DNA of 56,944 bases. It comes from Chromera velia. Lineage: Eukaryota. Where the stretch lies: NCBI GenBank assembly GCA_018398765.1, contig JAHBMJ010000103.1:1-56944 (forward strand). The letters are read 5' to 3'. The position numbers were made by a program, and so were the translations under genes. Numbering within the stretch: the first letter of the stretch is position 1; each line of letters begins with the position of its first letter. Under the pieces are notes generated by a model that ran no database searches, had not been told where the DNA came from, and saw only the letters and a program-made list of their open reading frames with translations. This document shows positions 52,354 to 56,944 of this stretch, one piece after another.

Positions 52354-55300
52354 AGGGAGGGAGGGAGGGAGAGGGAGAGGGAAAGGGAGAGGGGAAAGGA
52401 GAGGGATTGAAAGAAGACAAGAAAGAAAGAACAACATGTACAGAGGACCTCCATGAACGAACAGAGCATCAATCCTGCAGACGGTGACACCTAGCGATGA
52501 CACACTGAGTGCGTAGTTTTGGCATTGACGGGGCGGGACTCGCCTTTGTGCGACTGAGATCCTCGAATTTGTTGCTATCGCTGAGTGCAAGTGGAGTAAA
52601 AAAAAACAAGCGTCTGAAGTCAGTCTGAGGTCAGTCTGAAGTAAGTCTGAAGTGAGTCTGAGGTCAGTCTGATGTCAGTTTGAAATGAGTCTGAAACCCA
52701 AGTATCGCAGAGAGCGAGGAAAAAGCACAGAACGTTCAACTCTACGCAACAGACAAACGAAGGCTCAGAGAGAGAAAGAGAGTCTCAGTCAAATAGTCCA
52801 CCCACGCACCGGCCCAAGCCCACGGCACTCGATGCGTTAATTGACTACCCACCCATGTTGCCCAACCGAGCGAGGGACTGACCTGTCGATCAACAGTCCC
52901 ACCGATGCAGCCGCCAAGTTCCCTCCAGCCGAATCTCCCATCACGAAAAAACTGAAGGAACGAAGACAACAACAACCAGAGAGAATATCGAAGTCAAGTA
53001 GAGGAGAGACGCGACACGAAATTTTCAAACAACCTCTATGAGGAAGAGAGCAAAGGAAAGAAACGAGACGACAACAGCTTCTTCTCCAGATCTCCCCTCA
53101 ATCAACCAGTCAGTCTCCAAAAACACTTAAGGAAACCGGACCGATGCATGTCAAAATCACGGTTGCTAGACATTTTCTGACAAGAACATTAGGTTGCTCC
53201 AGGCGGATACACAGAATGGCATGAGGACCGTCTTTCTGTCTGTCTCCCTGCCAGTCTGCTTGTCTTGGATGCAACATTGAGACTTCCCCACACAGCCCCT
53301 GATCAGACAGAGGCGTCCACTGTCGTGCAGTGGTCTCATCAAACCCGTCTACCCCCCTCCCCCCCTCTCTCTCTCTCACACACACACACGGCTCTACCCA
53401 CCCGTCCTCCCTGACTCCCCACTGCTTCGCCCTCTTTGCCACGAACTGGATGTTCTCAACGACGTCCAACAGGGGCACAGGGAACTTCCACAGGGGAGAC
53501 AATCTGCTTCCCTCCAGGCAGGCAAATTAATGGGCGGGCAGACAGAGAGACAGACAGACAGGCGAAGGGAGTCTTGCAACATGGAAAATCACTAACGCTA
53601 ATTGCGAATCTCGATCTCTAGAAAAACGCCAATCAATCTGCAGATCCCTCCCACGCACCTGAAGAGACCCGTTCCGTGTACCCTTCGTTTTCTTTTTTTT
53701 GTCTCTTCAGTCTGGAAATGTTGCGGCGAAGAGAGAGGGGGATCATCTTACTGAAGAGAAGGAAGGAATCGAGAGTAAGACGAGAGGGCGAACTGATCCA
53801 AGGAGGGGCCTACACGAAAAGGAACACGTGCACAAGAAGGAGGACGGAAGTGTGTCTCTTCCTCTGGCAACGAACCCCGAGTAAGCAATCCCCGCCCCTT
53901 TAAATTTCCCCTGACCCCACCCACCTGTAGTCTATTCCAAAAACGACAGAGTCTTTCATCACCATCGCGTGCCTGCCTGTCAGGTGTCCGTACGACTGCG
54001 CGGTCATCAACGCGTGTCCCCCCCCATGAATGTACAGGACCACTGCGGGCTTCTCTCCCCCACTGCTTTTGGCCCCTTCCTCTCCTTCCATACCAAGCAG
54101 AGAGGACTTCAGATAAGGATATTTGGTCAGCGTCTCCTGCGAGACTGTCACCGTCATGTTCAGAAAACCGGGGCCGGATCCTGAAAGCCTGAACTCGTGT
54201 GAACCAAGAAGCGAGGCCGCCTCCGGGCTCTTCACATCAGCAGAGGGTTCACGAACGCACCCCCCCGAGATGTCAGAACCTTCGCGTCTCTCAGCACAGC
54301 AAGAGGGGGTTACGCTGTTCGCTTTTTTATTCGCAGGAAGACGCTTTCCGGTGACGGCTCCAAAAAGTTCAGTTGCCAATTTGAAGACCCCCGTCTCTGA
54401 GAGGGCAGTTCCGGTGTCGGGTGTCTTCTCCCCCTTGACGTCCCTCTCTTCTGAGTAGAAGCCAAACAGACAGATGCCGTCGTCGTCCTCCCACCCCCAC
54501 TCGTCTGCATGAACGCTGCTGTCTGGGGCTGCTGGCACAGACAGGACCGTCCTTGACAGGTGGCGGTGCAAGAGGGGGTCTCCGGTCATTTGCATAACTC
54601 TGCAGGGAAGAACAAACAGACAGACAGACAGACAGACAAACAGAAAAACAGACACGCGGTTAGGATCTCAATAAACGAAGTGGAGAGTCATGATGAAGGG
54701 TAGAGGAACACAGGAAGACAGTTTGCAGCGTCCTTTGTTCCCCCGGTTCCCATGCAGTCGGCAACTGAGAGTCCACGGAGCTTCTCTCTCCATTCCCGCA
54801 GAGGCTTGCTATCCTCTCCTCTCTCTCTACGGCTGCATGGGGATGGAAGCTCATGCCGATGATGCATGGAGAGTCGGCAGACCGGAATCTGTGATCACTT
54901 TTTGTTTCTTACTCTCATGATACGGTCCAAGAAACCATTGCGTGGAGGTGCAGTGAGGGAGGGAGAGAGGCAGAATTCCCTCATGTAGACGGGCGCAAAG
55001 TCCTGAATGACTTTGGAAATGTATCGACGGTCATTGTTTTGTTCCATGCGGTTTTGGTTTCGTGTCTGTGTGACATCGAAAAATTCAACGCGCCAAAAAA
55101 TGGTACGGCAGAAGATCTGCACAGAGGTAAAGGAAGAGACTTACAGGCTGACTGATGAGTTCATGCGCATGTAGGCGTTTCCATCTGCTTGGTGGGTGAT
55201 GATCGTGGGACCCAGGAAGAAGTCGATCCCGAAAAGGACCACGTTGTCCACCTGAGAGAACCAAATACCATGTATCCAGGTACTTAATCATTCAAGATAC

Positions 55301-55453
55301 CCCCAGCAAGAGACAAAACGACGAGTAGGTTGAAGAGAGCTGAGGACAGGAGCAGGAAAGAAATAGACTGACAAATGACCATTCCGGCTCATAGTGGAGG
55401 ACCACGAAACCGATGAGAGGGAGGACTCCCAGCGTGACCAAACGAGAGAACAT
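50056..55453 (-). CDS. Alpha/beta hydrolase of the HSL/GDXG lipase-esterase family, multi-exon, with N-terminal hydrophobic anchor; both ends approximate
   Basis: VLYIHGGG oxyanion motif, IDYR|LSPLWKFPVPLLD, nucleophile MGDSAGGNLA, FPPT, and GYHG (candidate catalytic His). Likely start MFSRLVTLGVLPLIGFVVLH. Some exons not resolved. Confidence 0.85.
52612..52696. repeat. 11-bp tandem repeat (gtctgaRgtca), about 8 copies, intronic
   Basis: Directly visible. Confidence 0.9.
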
Positions 55454-56739
55454 GTTGAAGGGAGAAAGGTCGTCAAAAAGACCGGCCAGAAGAAAATTCC
55501 GTCAAGCACTCGCAAACTGAACTGGCCAAAAGTTGAAGTCGAAAGATATCGCGTGAGGAGACGCCGGGACACGGGAATGAAATCTTTCGCTTCAGGTTGG
55601 TTCAGAAACAGCGGAAATGACACCAGCTCAAGCGTATGTGGCCTTACAACATGAGAAACCGCTTGTCAAAAACGAGGAGGGTCTCTCCTTTCAGCATGAA
55701 TCTGGCAGTGAGAAGTGTTTTGTTAATATAAACTCGATATAAACTCGTCATCGATCGACAACCGTCCCATGCATCGACGATAGATCGATCGACAGAGGGC
55801 CCCGGCAATCCCCGGCATGCCCCGGCATTGGGGTCCCGCGACCGGGACTCTCCGCGGCCATGCATTGAGTGCATGCATGTTCAAAGCAGCGCCACAAAAT
55901 TTTGGAACGCGTCTTTAATTTGCTTTTCGGACGCTCAGGTCCGACATGGACCGACGTATTAATACGTACTTCCTTTCGAAGCGAGCTTTCCAGAGTGCGG
56001 CTTTGTCATTCGACGAATGAACACCCCGTTTGCTTCTGGTCGTCTGACATGTGAAGCACAGTGAAGGGTAGTTTCTCCAAGATAATCGACACTGTTCGAC
56101 TGAGCGCGTCTCGTTCTATTTCTCAGTGGGCCCTATCCTCCTCCTATTCTGCAGCGTTGCGGAAGCTAGGCGGACAAAAAATTGGGGATCCTGCCACCCT
56201 GCACTGTGCACCTCTCTGCACTGCCAGAGTGCCCTTCATAGTGGCTCACAACCGCAGAGCAACACTCCACCCGATCTCATAGTGAGACACAATGGCGAAC
56301 GACTATGAATCACTTCTTGCAACCGGTCGGTGAGTGCATGGACTTTCAAACCACAAAGTCCCAGCCAGGTCTCTTTTTTCAGCTGCTTGCAGTGAGTGTC
56401 ATTTTCTTGGATCGCGTAGACTCCCCCTTGCTTCTTGCACCGTGTCCCTCCCTTTGCAGTGATCCAATACGAAAGGGATCTGCGGGTCACCATGTCGGCG
56501 GCAGAGGGGCTCAGACAGGAACACCTGAAACTGAAACAAGTCGGTACTTGCTCAAATGCTTGGCTTTCTTCGATTTAGCTGGCACTCCCGAAGTTCCTTT
56601 CCTTTCCTTTCCTCCAGGCCCCCGAGGTTCAGCTTCCCCGTATCGCCTTCCAAGACGAGACGGACGGCTGCTTCCATTGTAGAGTCTCTCCGTCTCGTTG
56701 GGTAGTCTCCGTTCTCTCCTCCATCGGCGAGTGCGTGTT

Positions 56740-56944
56740 TTCATCGGCACCCCCCTCCCCCCCCTTCTTTTCGTTCATCGGCACCCCCCTCCCCCCCCTT
56801 CTTTTCGTTCATCGGCACCCCCCTCCCCCCCCTTCTTTTCGTTCATCGGCACCCCCCTCCCCCCCCTTCTTTTCGTTCATCGGCACCCCCCTCCCCCCCC
56901 TTCTTTTCGTTCATCGGCACCCCCCTCCCCCCCCTTCTTTTCGT
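56740..56944. repeat. 33-34-bp minisatellite (ttcatcggcac-Cn-t-Cn-ttcttttcg), about 6 copies, running off the window end
   Basis: Directly visible head-to-tail copies. Confidence 0.95.

Noticed and set aside
56740..56944. Terminal repeat as a telomere or CRISPR array
   Set aside because: The 33-34-bp unit has no spacers and no telomeric motif; it is an ordinary minisatellite cut by the window edge.

Overview
Intron-rich eukaryotic genomic DNA with GT-AG introns full of microsatellites and one assembly gap (21648-21785). ApiAP2 domains, abundant TGCATGCA motifs and CxHxxxxxxCxxC repeat arrays suggest a myzozoan alveolate, probably a chromerid such as Chromera (inference). Recognisable genes: a RecQ helicase (5' part), a DDX21/50-type DEAD-box helicase, an HSL-family alpha/beta hydrolase and a bacterial-like GNAT acetyltransferase. 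Unusual items: (1) an intronless protein with two tandem [18-aa Cys/His repeat array + viral/phage-type HNH nuclease] modules behind a mitochondrial-type presequence; (2) an apparent ApiAP2-SET domain fusion lying head-to-head with a decayed AP2 paralogue; (3) a secreted protein ending in a phage tail-collar/tail-fibre domain; (4) recurrent AT-rich islands with a TpA-rich, CpA/TpG-poor (RIP-like) signature, two of which hold related MITE-like elements. All gene models were spliced by eye and domains were called from motif recognition, not database searches.
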